Of a stretch of DNA of 64,000 nt, positions 15,041 to 31,869 are shown piece after piece. Where the stretch lies: the NCBI RefSeq assembly GCF_009914755.1, contig NC_060941.1; one strand, 5' to 3'. The notes under the pieces were generated by a model. That model was not told the origin of the DNA, searched no databases, and saw only the letters and a program-made list of their open reading frames with translations. The DNA comes from the human T2T-CHM13v2.0 reference genome, Homo sapiens. The number at the start of each line of letters is the position of its first letter. Within the stretch, counting starts at the first letter, position 1. The translations under genes and the position numbers were made by a program.

Positions 15041-15742
15041 TCCTGGTAACATCCTTTGACCCTGACCTGGTCATCAGAACATTTAAAACCCTGCCAATCT
15101 GTCCTTCTCCCCTCTACTTCCACACCCACCCGACCCCCTATGAAAAAACCCCAAAATGTTCAGAAAAACATTTTAGAATGCACACTGGTATAATAGCTAA
15201 ATTCTGGGACTGGTGGTTTTTGTGCTTCCAGATTTGAGTCACCAAAGCTCATCAATTCTCGGTTCTTACTCCCTGGCAGGCTCCCACTAGGGATATCCCA
15301 TAGGGAACTAGACTTTTCCATATTGAACAAACAGGGTACATGAGTCCAGAAACAGCTATTCCCAATCCCTGCCAAGCGTATGGTCTCTGCAATGAAACAT
15401 CTCAGCAATGCCTCTCCCTTGGGAGAGGCTCTGGGTCTGCAGCCTTCAAGAGGCCTTGCTGCTGCCTTTCGCGTGGCCAGATGTGCAACTGCATCTCTGC
15501 ATTTGCAAATTAAGCTCTATACCCATGATTCCCTCCTTCCATCCCACCCAAGCACTAGAGAGTCATACAGATTTCAAAGTAAACTAAATATCTGAGACAA
15601 TGGTAGGAAGGGTAGGGTAGGGTGTGTGTGTTCGGGGGTGGGGTGGGGGGAGGTAGGTATGGTAGGTATGGTAACACAAGAAAGAAGCTACATTAATCTC
15701 TATCTGTCTATATTCTAGATGAAGAAACTAAACATGCCTTAC

Positions 15743-15888
15743 CTTTCAGCTGGGAGTTGTGTACTGCAAACATATTGATGGTCATAAGCTGCAGCATGCG
15801 GGTACTTCCAATGGGAGAGGGGCTGTGCTGCAGTAACACCTGGAACTCCTTGAGGACCTTCTCAGCCACTGCAGGGAATGTCTCCATC
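15743..15888 (-). CDS. SMG6: SMG6 internal coding exon (exon 10), 146 nt, phase 2/1: (G)METFPAVAEKVLKEFQVLLQHSPSPIGSTRMLQLMTINMFAVHNSQLK(D)
   Basis: Acceptor ttctgaatctgcAG (15890-15889), donor AAG|GTAAGG (15742-15737). First G completes the GG|G codon from exon 9; recognised SMG6 peptide. Confidence 0.96.
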
Positions 15889-15950
15889 CTGCAGATTCAG
15901 AAAACCCATCAATGAGGCACCTCTCTCTTTCAGTCTCTCTCTCACTCTGT

Positions 15951-15952
<2 letters not shown>

Positions 15953-15990
<38 letters not shown>
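15953..15990 (+). repeat. (CA)19 microsatellite, i.e. (UG)19 in SMG6 pre-mRNA, next to a CT-rich tract
   Basis: Read directly; 65-102 nt upstream of the exon 10 acceptor. Confidence 0.97.
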
Positions 15991-15992
<2 letters not shown>

Positions 15993-16327
15993 AGACAACT
16001 ACTGCCTAGGACATTTCTTTGCTACTTTCACAAACCTTCCCGGTATCCTGCAATTTTGAACAAATTCAAGATAAAGGAGTTTTCAGGGTCCAGAGATGCA
16101 AACAACTCAAGTTTTGGATAAATCACTATGAGTTATTATGCTTTGGTATGCTATTTCCTCACCCCTGGCAATAACTGTGTTCAAGCTAATATCAAAGTTT
16201 CTCTCTGAAACCATCGGCTTTTCTAAATACTCAACAAATTTCCTGAAACCTTCACAGTCCCTAAACTCTCTGGTATGAAACTTAATTCAATTAAAAAAGT
16301 AATGTGAATCTAAACAAAAAAAAAAAA

Positions 16328-16634
<307 letters not shown>

Positions 16635-18399
16635 TAGGTAACCAGACATAGTTCTGCTATTGTCTTCTGAGGTACTATCACACTGACTGTTCCGCCTAAC
16701 GATCCCAAATTTCCCCTTGAAGAATGCCTAGACCTAGAAGCCCCCAGTCATCTGTCTCAGTTCTTCGTGTGTTGCCGTCCTCCTCCCTCTCACAAGGCTC
16801 TGCTCATCGGGGTCTGTATGTTTTCAGGCCAGTGGAAATAGAATGCCCTGGCCAAGTGCCACTCCCAATACAGGAAGAGGCTGTAACGCAGGGAGGCAGA
16901 AATCTAGCCAGTGACCTAGGGCTCCTAAGGAGAGGTCATTCAAATCACTCCTTGCCAAATGTGGCCACTGGATCCCAAACAGTGGTGCATGCCTGGAGCT
17001 TCTTTGGCAACAGAAACAAACCACAGCTGAAGTCTTCAGAAATAAAAAGCAAGTTCAAGCTTGGTGCTAGAGAGAGTAGCCAGGCACATGGGCCTTAGGG
17101 TTATGCCAAACAATTCGTGGTCACCAAAGTATTTTTTACCATGTCCCCCAGCCCCCAAATAAACAAACTGCTTGTGACATACTTGTGGGGTTGGGGAAAC
17201 AGCTCCAGGTTGGATTAACAAATAGCTTCTGAAAAGCCACAAGGAAGGTAATCCTTCTCAAAAGATAGAAAGCAGTTTCAAGTTCTAGAGGAAGGTGCTT
17301 CTAGCTTCACCCATCTCGGCCCTTCCCGACTGGGAAGTGTCCTCCCTGGATTAGAAAACTCCAGGTTTTCTAGAATCTTGGCAATCTTCACTCCTTGCAC
17401 TTGGATGGCAACTCTTATTACTGACCCCCTGGTGCCCAGAAGTCGTGCCACAGTTATGGGTCAATTACAGTTTACATTCCAGTTCCCTCCTCTGCTGAGC
17501 TGTCCTCATTTTCATTGGCACAAAAGATGCCATGCATTTGCTTTTTTTCTCCACATGCCATTTCAAGTACCCACCCCTCCAAAACAAAACAAAACTCTTT
17601 TTTTTTTCTCTAAAAAATTTCAGAGCCGTTAAAACTCTTGGAAGATGTGGAATGGCAGAGAGTGACATGTTTGGGGCTGGACTAGATCCGTTTTTCCCCA
17701 CGGGCTCTAACAAAGGTTTCATTTTAAACCCTGACACTGTGCAGCACTCTTTCTGGTCAGAGGTGGGGAGGGGGCTAGCACTTCTCGTTACGAGAATAGC
17801 AGCGTTCACTCTGCTTGAAAAGCAGCCACGCTGGGCAAGTTTCAGAGCCATGTGTCTCCGTGTTGAAAGGCAGTAGAGAGCCAGCACAGAACGACAGGAC
17901 AGAAGTGTCACGTGGGACAGTTTTGCTTCGAAGCTGTGTCTGAGGAAGCCTCTTCCCTGGAGTAGGAATTGGAAACAGATCCATTAACACTCTCTGGGTC
18001 AGACTGAAGTCTTGAACGAGCACCAGGTCAAATGTCCACATTTCCTTTTTATAAAAAGTTTTTTAAAAAAAATTCTCCCTTTGCCTTCCAACTAATTCAA
18101 CATGATTAAAACAAAAGAAAAAACTGAAAGCAGAAGGATATAAGTTAGAGTAACTTCAAATGTGAGATGTGAGAGAAGGTGGATCTATTCATGCAAAACC
18201 AGCCTTGTTCAGCAGTAACCACGGGAGGCACAGATAAAGAGAGGAACCCTCCTCAGGGCTCAGTAGGTGGTTTCTGGTTTCCAGTTTTGTAACCAAAATG
18301 CTATCTAATTCTGGCCTCAAACTACCTGTAAGTAGTTTTATGTCTTTCTCTCTGAGAAATAATCTTTGCTTCACCCCGCATTACTGATGGACACGTACG

Positions 18400-19010
18400 T
18401 AAGTATGTAGGTAGATGAGTGAAAGGTCTGGAAGAATACACGCCCTGATGTCTACTACTATCTTTTTGGAGGGCACAGAGTTAAAAGAAATTTTACTCTT
18501 AGTTTTAATGTTATACTTTTATAAGGATTTCTGGATAATACTTATGTAATAATTATAAAATTATAGCCAAGAAGAAACAGCAGTCTCAGCAATAAAGCAG
18601 GAAGAGAAGCAACAGAGAAAACATACAAAAAGTGGTCATTTATAATCGCCAAAAATTGGAAGCAATCTAAAGTGCCCAACAATAGATGATTAAGATGGAA
18701 CATGCACACAATTGAATACTAGTTTTTTTAAGTTGTATTACATTTTTTAATCATGTGAGAGAAACTTCCAAACATATTAAATGAAAATAGTTGTAAAGCA
18801 ATAGAAAAAAAGTGTGTATGTGATATGTAGGAAAAAAATTGAAAAAATTTTACCAAATTTTAACGGTGGAGTTATCTCTAGGTGGTAGGAATATGGGTAA
18901 TTTTTTATTTGTTCTTCTTTGCTGAGTTTTCTAAATACTTTACAAAGAGCACTGTAAAGAAAGAAAAGATTTCTCCCATAATGAATACATCTTACTTTTG
19001 TATTTAAGAA
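18400..19010 (+). mobile_element. Degenerate L1ME-type 3' fragments
   Basis: Motifs AAGGTCTGGAAGAATACA, AAAATTGGAAGCAATCTAAA, TTATCTCTAGGTGGTAGGA. Confidence 0.55.
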
Positions 19011-20799
19011 CATCTGTTAATTTAAAAAGCAAATCAGACACAAACATTATATTTTTAAAAATTAAAAGTACAAAATAAATATATCAGTCTTTGAATTCCA
19101 AGAGACTTCGAAGCTATGCAAATAGCATGACTAGGCAAGCAAGTAAAAGCTAAAGTGGTAACTGTGATCAAGGCAATAAGAGGAAGCAAAAGCATACTAT
19201 TTGTCACAAATTCAGAGCCTATAGGCTGCCAGCTTCCTAACCTCTCTCAGTGGAGTCCAAGTGCAGGTGTGATCTGCCTCTCACCAGGAAAGGGTCTGTC
19301 AGGAGCCATATGGCACCCCGACTGAGTACTTCTCCCGAATCCGAGATGACTCTGTCCCTATCCTTTAAAACCTCAGAAGATACCATCGTTTTCGGGCTGT
19401 GTGTGTCACTGACTAAAGTGGCTGCCTTGTGATGTGATCTCTAGAGACACCTTGTTTCATTTGAATGGCAGTTTCAAGAAACCAATCTTTCAGACAACAC
19501 CGGGACCTAGGCCCAGGACTGACTCAGACGGTGACTAACCGAGCAGGACTCAGCCCTCAGATGCTGAGGAACACAGCTGGGCTAGACAACATTCTCTGCA
19601 GAAAACAATCCAGGTTAGTTTTTCTCAACCTCTTATTTTTAAAAAACGAGCAAGATACGAATAACCCAGGAGCAAAAGACCAAAACCAAAAAACTAAGCC
19701 ATGTGACAGGGTGGAAATGAGAAAAAAAAAAACAAATCATAGTACTACAGAACATAAGGACTGGAATGGACCTCAGAGACCATATCTTTAAACCACTGAT
19801 CAGGTTAGTTGAAGCCCGCAGCAGCTCTGACTTGTTTACTCTCAAGATCTTGTAACTAGTAAGTGGTGAAAAACAAACTCTTTTTGGCACTGAATATTTC
19901 CTCTAAAGCTCTGAACCTCTCGTCAGCTAGTGCTGGGAGTTAAGAGACTTATCTTGCACATAGTAGGCATTCGAGTCTCTGCTGACGCAGTGTGGAGCAC
20001 CAGGCACAGAGCAGACCATGCCTGGAAGCGCAGCGTCCGAGCTTTTCCGAAAGGGCAGGCGGGAGAGTGATGTGCCTTCAGCTGCTCCCCATTACAATCT
20101 CCTCACTCTTAATTCGTTTTCAACACCGCCCACATTTCACATCTTCTTCGTAATTAGGCAACAGTCTACGATGTTGTGTGTGGCTTGGGCTCATTGCTTT
20201 CCTAGTCTTACAGACTTCTATACCTTTTTCCCTGCAACAGAAATGTTATTTCTGTTTCTGCCTTCCAGAATAAATATGGCGCTCAATTTTATTTTACCTC
20301 CAGGACAGAATAAGAGGATACCCATAGAGGGAGTGTAGTGCCTAGAATCCACATACATTTTCCTCAATGAAAACTACCATAAGTCATTTCTTAGGAAGGT
20401 GAAATTGGGCTGGCTTTACCTTTTTGACAACAGAATATGTTATATGCAGGAATAAAAGAGATCCTGAAAAATAACCTGGAACACAGTAAACCACCTCAGA
20501 CAAATGAGATATCTATTCATTTTTAAAGGCCTCCAAAAAAGAAAACTCTCAAACATCCTCCCTTCTGTGAAATTTTCTTACACCTAACCCAAATCTCTCC
20601 AGCTACAACAGAAGCCAATTTCTCTTACTGTCATCCCATAAAAATCAAGACTATCCTATTAGGACCCTTTTATATTTAAACATGTTAGGCACCCTACAGC
20701 TGTCTCTAAATAAGTATTTTTTTACCTTAATGTTTTTCAAAATTAATTTTTCCTTTCAGATCTCATTTTCTGGCTTTTAAAAAAATTATCTATTATACT

Positions 20800-20927
20800 C
20801 ATTAAAAAGAGAGATGGGGTCTTCTGCCTATGTTGCCCAGGCTGGTCTTGAACTCCTGGGCTCAGGCGATTCTCCCACCTTGGCCTCTCAAAATGCTAGG
20901 ATTATAGGCGTGAGCCACCGCACCCGG
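20800..20927 (-). mobile_element. Alu left monomer (FLAM-like)
   Basis: Single-arm Alu sequence. Confidence 0.8.
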
Positions 20928-21142
20928 TCATTATCTCGCTTTTTCATCATTACTGTGGTCCTTTCCCAAACTTATTCCAAAATATGTGTCGAAATATAAG
21001 AATTTTAGAAGTGGAGGGGAAATCAGGGTGTTTAACTACTGCATAACCTGATAAAAATATATCCTAAATGTTCCTACATTCTGCACCAAGATTTATAACT
21101 TTTTTATTCCCAAAAGTCTCTAACAGGGCAAGAAATATCTAG

Positions 21143-21345
21143 AGTAGTGGTTTTCAGTGAGGGGCAACTTTGTCTCCCAGGGAACACGTGGCAATGTCTG
21201 GAGACATTCTGAGTCAGCACATTTGGTGCACAGTGGGAAGAAGGCAGGGATGCTGCCAAGTATCCTACAACGCGCAGGACAGCCCCTCACAGCAGAGTCA
21301 TCTGGCTCAAAATGTCGACAGCACCAAGGGTTGGGAAATCCTGAC
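21143..21345. mobile_element. MER20 (hAT-Charlie) DNA transposon fossil
   Basis: AGTGGTTTTCA...GGCAATGTCTGGAGACATT...GGGATGCTGCCAAGTATCCTACAA...CAAAATGTC...TTGGGAAATCCTG. Confidence 0.85.
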
Positions 21346-21373
21346 TTAGGGCAACATGGTACGGGAAAATTTA

Positions 21374-21956
<583 letters not shown>

Positions 21957-22634
21957 TAAGAAAGAAGCAGGAGTACCATCAACTGTCACTTTAAGTGTAG
22001 CACAATGGTATTTCCTACTCGGATGTGTTATTTTTAAGATGATACCGATATCATCTTATCCACCTTCAACCTTGTAACTACAGCCTTACATTACTCACTA
22101 GTGATTGTCTTGGGTCTACAGTAACCTACTAGAATACTACATATTTCTCTGCAGTGCTTAGCAATCCATCCGTCTTTTTATAATTCATTCATTTGTACAA
22201 CAAATACTACATGCCAGGCTCTAGGAACACAACAGTGAGGCAAAAACTGCCAGAGTGGAACTTAAACTGGTGGCAGTGGCAGTGGCAGGACGGGGGAGGT
22301 GGGAGGCAGGAGATGGGACCAGTGATGCATCTAGTTTACTTTGCCTAAGTGAATGTCTCCACCCGTTATGTCTACAGATAGAGATTCATCTACTGGTACC
22401 TTGTCCAATTTTCCCAAGTCATTTTGAAATCCAAACTATGCTTGCAATGACCATCACTATCATTCTTACCCAGGTTGATACCAAATGAATATGTAATAAG
22501 CACACTTTCTAGTCCACCGCCCGTGGAGCAGAGTTTCTTCCAGTGGAACCAAGCCTTTCCGCTTCTCAAAAAAGTTAACTACAACGGTATGTGGAAACTG
22601 ACATAGCCCCTACCTCCACTAAGAGAGCCTTCTA

Positions 22635-22923
22635 GGCCGGGCGTGGTGGTTCACGGCTGTAATCCCAGCACTTTGGGAGGGCGAGGCAGGTGGATCACAT
22701 GAGGTCAGGAGTTCAAGACCAGCCTGGCCAATATGGTGAAACCCCATCTCTGCTAAAAATGCAAAAATTAGCCAGACGCGGTGGCATGTGCCTGTAATCC
22801 CAGCTACTTGGGGGGCTGAGGCAGAAGAATCACTTGAACTCAGAGGGCAGAGGTTGCAGAGAGTCGAGTCATGCCGCTGCACTCCAGCCTGGGCAAGAGA
22901 GCAAGGCTCTGTCTCAAAAAAAA
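22635..22923 (+). mobile_element. AluS
   Basis: TSD AGCCTTCTA. Confidence 0.93.
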
Positions 22924-23893
22924 GCCTTCTAGAGAATTACAGATAAACTTACGAAGTTATGACGGGAAGTGAAAGGGAAACATTGACAATAACTGGGGTA
23001 TTCATAATTCAAAACAAATCACCCCAAAGGGTAGCTCACAATACAACTTCCAACTCAGAAAATATTAGAATCCAGTAGAAAACTGGTCTAGTGGAAGACT
23101 GGTCTGGGGGCACTGCCACCTACTACTTTCTTCACTCTCCTATACTCAGGGAGATCCTATACTAAAGAGGCACCAGGCATCCATCTGCTCTGGCGTGTAG
23201 GCATTACGTTGGGCTTAGGATCACTAGTTTTACGCAGAGAGGAAGAACTCGGATCCATCCAAGGAATAAAGGAATACTCAAAACTCGATCTGTTTCCAGG
23301 AATTTAAGCAGTCAAGTGTTAGTTTTGCACACACTACCTTCCCTGAGATGTCTATGGAAATCCATGGTGGATGATGAAACCGTAAGAGGCTTGGTATCTA
23401 ATGAGATCAGCAATATGGCAAAGGAATCTGAGCATAGGAGGAAAGGATATGGGTCAAAAGGATATAGAAAGAAAATGTTACTCTTATTTTTGATGGAAAA
23501 GTAGTGGACAGTATTCTTCCCAAGGAGGACCCCCTGACAGCTGCACCCAGGGATTTAGCACAACTGCCCTGAGGCACTCACTAGGGACCTAAGCCGGAAG
23601 GCAGAGGAAAGAGAAACCCAGAGGGACTGGGGTGGGGGCTGGGACAAGATTGTATTTAAAGGAGTGTTTTAGTAAAGGTAGAGAAAGAAGAAACAAGAGA
23701 GATAGAGAGTAATATTTACCAAATTTCATGAGCACAGTAGGACAGAAGATGAAGGGAAGAGAAGAGAAGGTGGAGGCCTCTAAGAATTCACACCCTGTGC
23801 CCTCAGTTACAAACACAGTCCAGTTGCTAACAATATTAAATTCCAAAATGACTTGTAATGTAGGAAAATAAAATAAACATCCTGCACACTTAC

Positions 23894-23955
23894 CCAATCC
23901 GGGTAAACAGCTTCCCATGGGCATGGAGAAAACTGAGGATGAACCTTTTGTTCAG
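23894..23955 (-). CDS. SMG6: SMG6 internal coding exon (exon 9), 62 nt, phase 0/2: LNKRFILSFLHAHGKLFTRI(G)
   Basis: Acceptor ctttttcccatgcAG (23957-23956), donor TGG|GTAAGT (23893-23888). Continues the SMG6 frame across a 37.9-kb intron. Not in the ORF track. Confidence 0.96.
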
Positions 23956-24619
23956 CTGCATGGGAAAAAGGGAGAGGAGAAAACAATTAAACTTTCCCCA
24001 GTTTCCTGTTACTGAACAGAGTCCCCAGTGACACAATAACCTGGCCAGGGTCTAAGGGGTGGGCACTAGGGATGGGAACCAAATGGACATGCCCAAACTC
24101 TCACAGACCCAGGGCACATGCCCAACAGCTGCCGCTCAGCTGAGCCAAGATGACAACAGGCTCAGTGAGCAGACAGCACCCTCTGCCGGCAGTGGCACCT
24201 GTGTGCAGGGGATGAGGCGGTGAATCCTAATAAGCAGGATATAAAGAAAGGTGCCCACAGCTCTCTGAGGATCTAGGAGCCACTCCGGCTCCATAATCAT
24301 GGAAATGAAACTCTAACAGGAGCAAGGATAATAGTGAAGGCCCTGGTTCTATTTGGGTTATTTTTCTACCTACCTAGCTAGGAAAGCAGGACTCTTTGAC
24401 AACCAAGAGCAAGGTAACCCACCACTAACTAGCTCATCAAATTGTACTTCACCAGCTTTAAAAACTAGAGTTCATGTTCTAGGTCTGGAGTTGAAAATTC
24501 AAGTGTCTAAAGGGCTAGGCGTGAAGTATGCTGATGGAGACAGTAGCAAGCTATGACTATTCCACTCCAGTTTTGGCCAAATCCTCTATGTAGGCCCAAG
24601 CTGGAAACTGCAATCTGGG

Positions 24620-25216
24620 TTTTTTTGTTTTTGTTTTTTGAGACAGAATCTTGCTCTGTCACCCAGGCTGGAGTGCAGTGGTATGATTTCAGCTCACTGC
24701 AACCTCCACCTCCCAGTTCAAGCAATTCTCGTGTCTCAGCCACTCAAGTAGCTGGGATTACATGCATGCACCCCCATAATCGGCTAATTTTTGTATTTTT
24801 AGAAGAGACGGGGTTTTGCCATGTCGGCCAGGCTGGTCTCCAACTCCTGGCCTCAAGTGATCCACCTGCTTTGGCCTCCCAAAGTGCTGGGATTACAGGC
24901 ATGAGCCACTGCACCCAGCATGTTTTGTTGTTTTGAGACAGGGTCTCACTCTGTCGCCCAGACTGGAGCACAGTGGTGTGATCACAGCTCACTGCAACCT
25001 CAACCTCCTGGGCTCAAGTGATCCTCCTGCCTCAGCCTCCTGAGTAGCTGGGACTACAGGTATGTGTCACCACACCTAGCTAATTTTTAATTTTTTGTAG
25101 AGAGGAGTTCTCAATACGTTGCCCAGACTGGTCTCAAAATCCTGGGCTCAAGCAATCCTCCTGCCTCAGCCTCTCAAAGTGCTGGGATCACAGAGGTGAG
25201 AGTCACTGCACCTGGC
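24620..25216 (-). mobile_element. Two tandem reverse Alus (AluS 24620-24919, AluJ 24921-25216)
   Basis: Two dimers; the second has J-type CTCCTGGGCTCAAG motifs. Confidence 0.9.
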
Positions 25217-25886
25217 TGAATCTGGATTTTTATGTGAAATACTCTGGCTTTTACATGTTGGCTACTAATGAAAATAATTTAAGCATTAAAGAAGCCAAAA
25301 AACACATTTGCCAGCTACATCTGGCCCATGAGCCACCAATTTACAATCGTGGTTCAAGGTTCTAGACAATCTACTTCCATTGAAACCAAACTATTTCTCA
25401 GCAAAACAAGGGAGGGAAAAAAATTTCAATTCAAATCCAAAGCAAGCAGAAACAATCTAAAAACTAAACCTCCTTGTCATCTTCCCTGGTCTCCTAGAAG
25501 CAGTATATTCAGGGCTCTGTAGCCAGCCAGGAAGAGAAGTGAAGAATCTTGACCCCAGGATCCCAGTGGTCAGGGCAAGGAGTCCAGTATCGCTGGGCAG
25601 TCTGCCCCACAAGGAGAAAGTCCCTGTTTAATCCTCTGACAAAACAGAACATCAATCAAGCTATGGCAGTTCCATCTATTTCATATGGAAGCCAAGTGTG
25701 GGAAAAGAGGTACATTCTCACTTAACCAATGATCAACATCAAACTCTGCATAGAATGTTCACTCTATTTTTGCTTTAAATGAGTTACACTCATTTAATTT
25801 ATAGATAAAAAGCTCAGAATATTTCATTGAAGATAACCTGTCTATACAGCAAGGTGAGTCAGGGCCAGGGACACTGGGTTCCATCA

Positions 25887-27380
<1,494 letters not shown>

Positions 27381-28067
27381 TCATTCAAGCCTAAATACCA
27401 TCCCCCAAGCCAACTCAGAAATTTAAGCAACTTTACTTTAGTAAATGGCAGAGTCAGAACTTGAACCCAGGTCTTCAGATTCCAAACACAGTTTTCTTTC
27501 TCTTATCCTACACCTATCTCGGGGAAAAGAACTGGTGAGCTGATTCAACCAAGGGCTAACGAGGGAATAAGAGCAACTAAGAAGCCGTTCAAGTTTTGCT
27601 TTTAAGTTTTCCTTCCTGATTAGGTAGGAAACTCATACTGTTTGAACCACAACACCTCCTGGACTAAAACGAGAGCCCCAAGAGGTTTGGAACATCTGTG
27701 CTTCTATGTGTACTTCACAAACATCCTTCCCTTAGGGTAGGAGATGAAGCCCACCTAATTACCTGAGTCTGTACTTGCCACTACCGTATTTTAACTGCAA
27801 AAAGTCGATTTCAATGCATTACTTTTCAACTAGTGGGAGTGAAGAAAATCTCAGATAACCTTTTCAAACTATACACACACTCTCCCTAACCTTAGTTAAT
27901 GAGAACCACCGCTTTATTTTTAGTCTGAAGGTCACTGTTAAACATACTTTCTCTTTGTTGTCATCAATAACACTTCAATTAGGAAAGGAGCTAAAAATGT
28001 AGATACATCTAGAAGGTATGTGACATGAAGGAGCAGATTTGTTACATATTGATCAAATCGGACCTAA

Positions 28068-29921
<1,854 letters not shown>

Positions 29922-30954
29922 CCATATATTTTTAAAAAAACAAAACTTTCTTGCATTTTAGAAAAGGGATCTATCCTCTTAGATATGAGACAACATAGGT
30001 GGAGACCAAATTTCATGAGTACCTGTTAGTAAAACAGCCAGGACTTTCACAGCATTCAATCAAAGCCCACTTATCAGTCTCTCTCAAGCAATGAGATCAC
30101 AAGGCGGAGGAGGATGTGGGCGCACTGGTGATGTTGTTCACACGTCATCCTCATCCCTGCGCTCCTATGCTGGGCATAAGAGGAAACCAACAAGATAGGG
30201 TCTCTGATGCCAAGGAGCTTATAGTCCAAGAACAAAGATAAATAACATACCAACTTGCCCACTGGCCAATTATGCTCCCACACCTAAGACAAGGCCTATG
30301 AAGGTTCCAGGAGGCACTGTGTTTCCCTTACTGTCATTTTTCCTGTCACAGAGATGAGATGGAATCTAAGAAAAAAAAAAAATGAGGGAAGGGGGGCCTG
30401 GTACAAAAAATGTGGAAACCCATCAGTAATGCAATAATCATTCAGTAAAGACAGAGTTATTCATTATTAGTACTTTCAGCATTCCTCTTTCCAGGATATA
30501 CAGATTAAAAAAAAAAAAAAGCACGGGAAAACCAAATAGCGTGACTCAAATGCCTCGTAGGAAGATGTAGCAAATCAAATCAACCCTTAGGCCCCTTACT
30601 TGGACCAAAGAGCCACGCTGAGGCTGAGGTAGAACCGGGATGGCAACAGCTCTTCACCCTTTACTTCCTCCACTCCAGAACTGTTCAGGGCTGGATGACA
30701 GCTCAATTAGCTTCAATTAAACATAAGTTCCTGTACAGATGTCCCACTTAAGATGGCTAGATCTGAGACATGTGAATTTAAGTGTAAAATGTGCCTTTTA
30801 AAACTACCTCTTCCAACTAACGCACCCCTTGAAACAATGCCTCTCAACTTTGCACTGCAGTTTAGTGCTGCCTCTTATACTAAAGCAATTTGTTACTTCG
30901 TTATCCCTCCTAGTTAAAGCCAGCAGACTGAGGGAAATTGAGCTAAATCAGTAG

Positions 30955-31678
<724 letters not shown>

Positions 31679-31869
31679 TCAGTATTTTGTATTTACTGCT
31701 CATGTGTTTACTGGGGGAAGGAATATGACAGAATGGTATGAACAGAGACCGCTGATCTTAAGAGTTGAAAACCTGGGTTCGAATTTTGGTCATGCCATTT
31801 ATTTGCTGTTAATTATCAGGAAGTCACATAAATCTTCTAGGGCTGTTTCTTCAACAGTTAAATGAGTGA

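Noticed and set aside
15610-15625. GGGTA repeats as telomere-like sites for EST1A
   Set aside because: Only three units and not TTAGGG; the link to SMG6's telomere role is coincidental.
23108-23128. CTCF-like motif (also ~50003-50018)
   Set aside because: Mismatches at the conserved 5' CC positions; not supportable without ChIP data.
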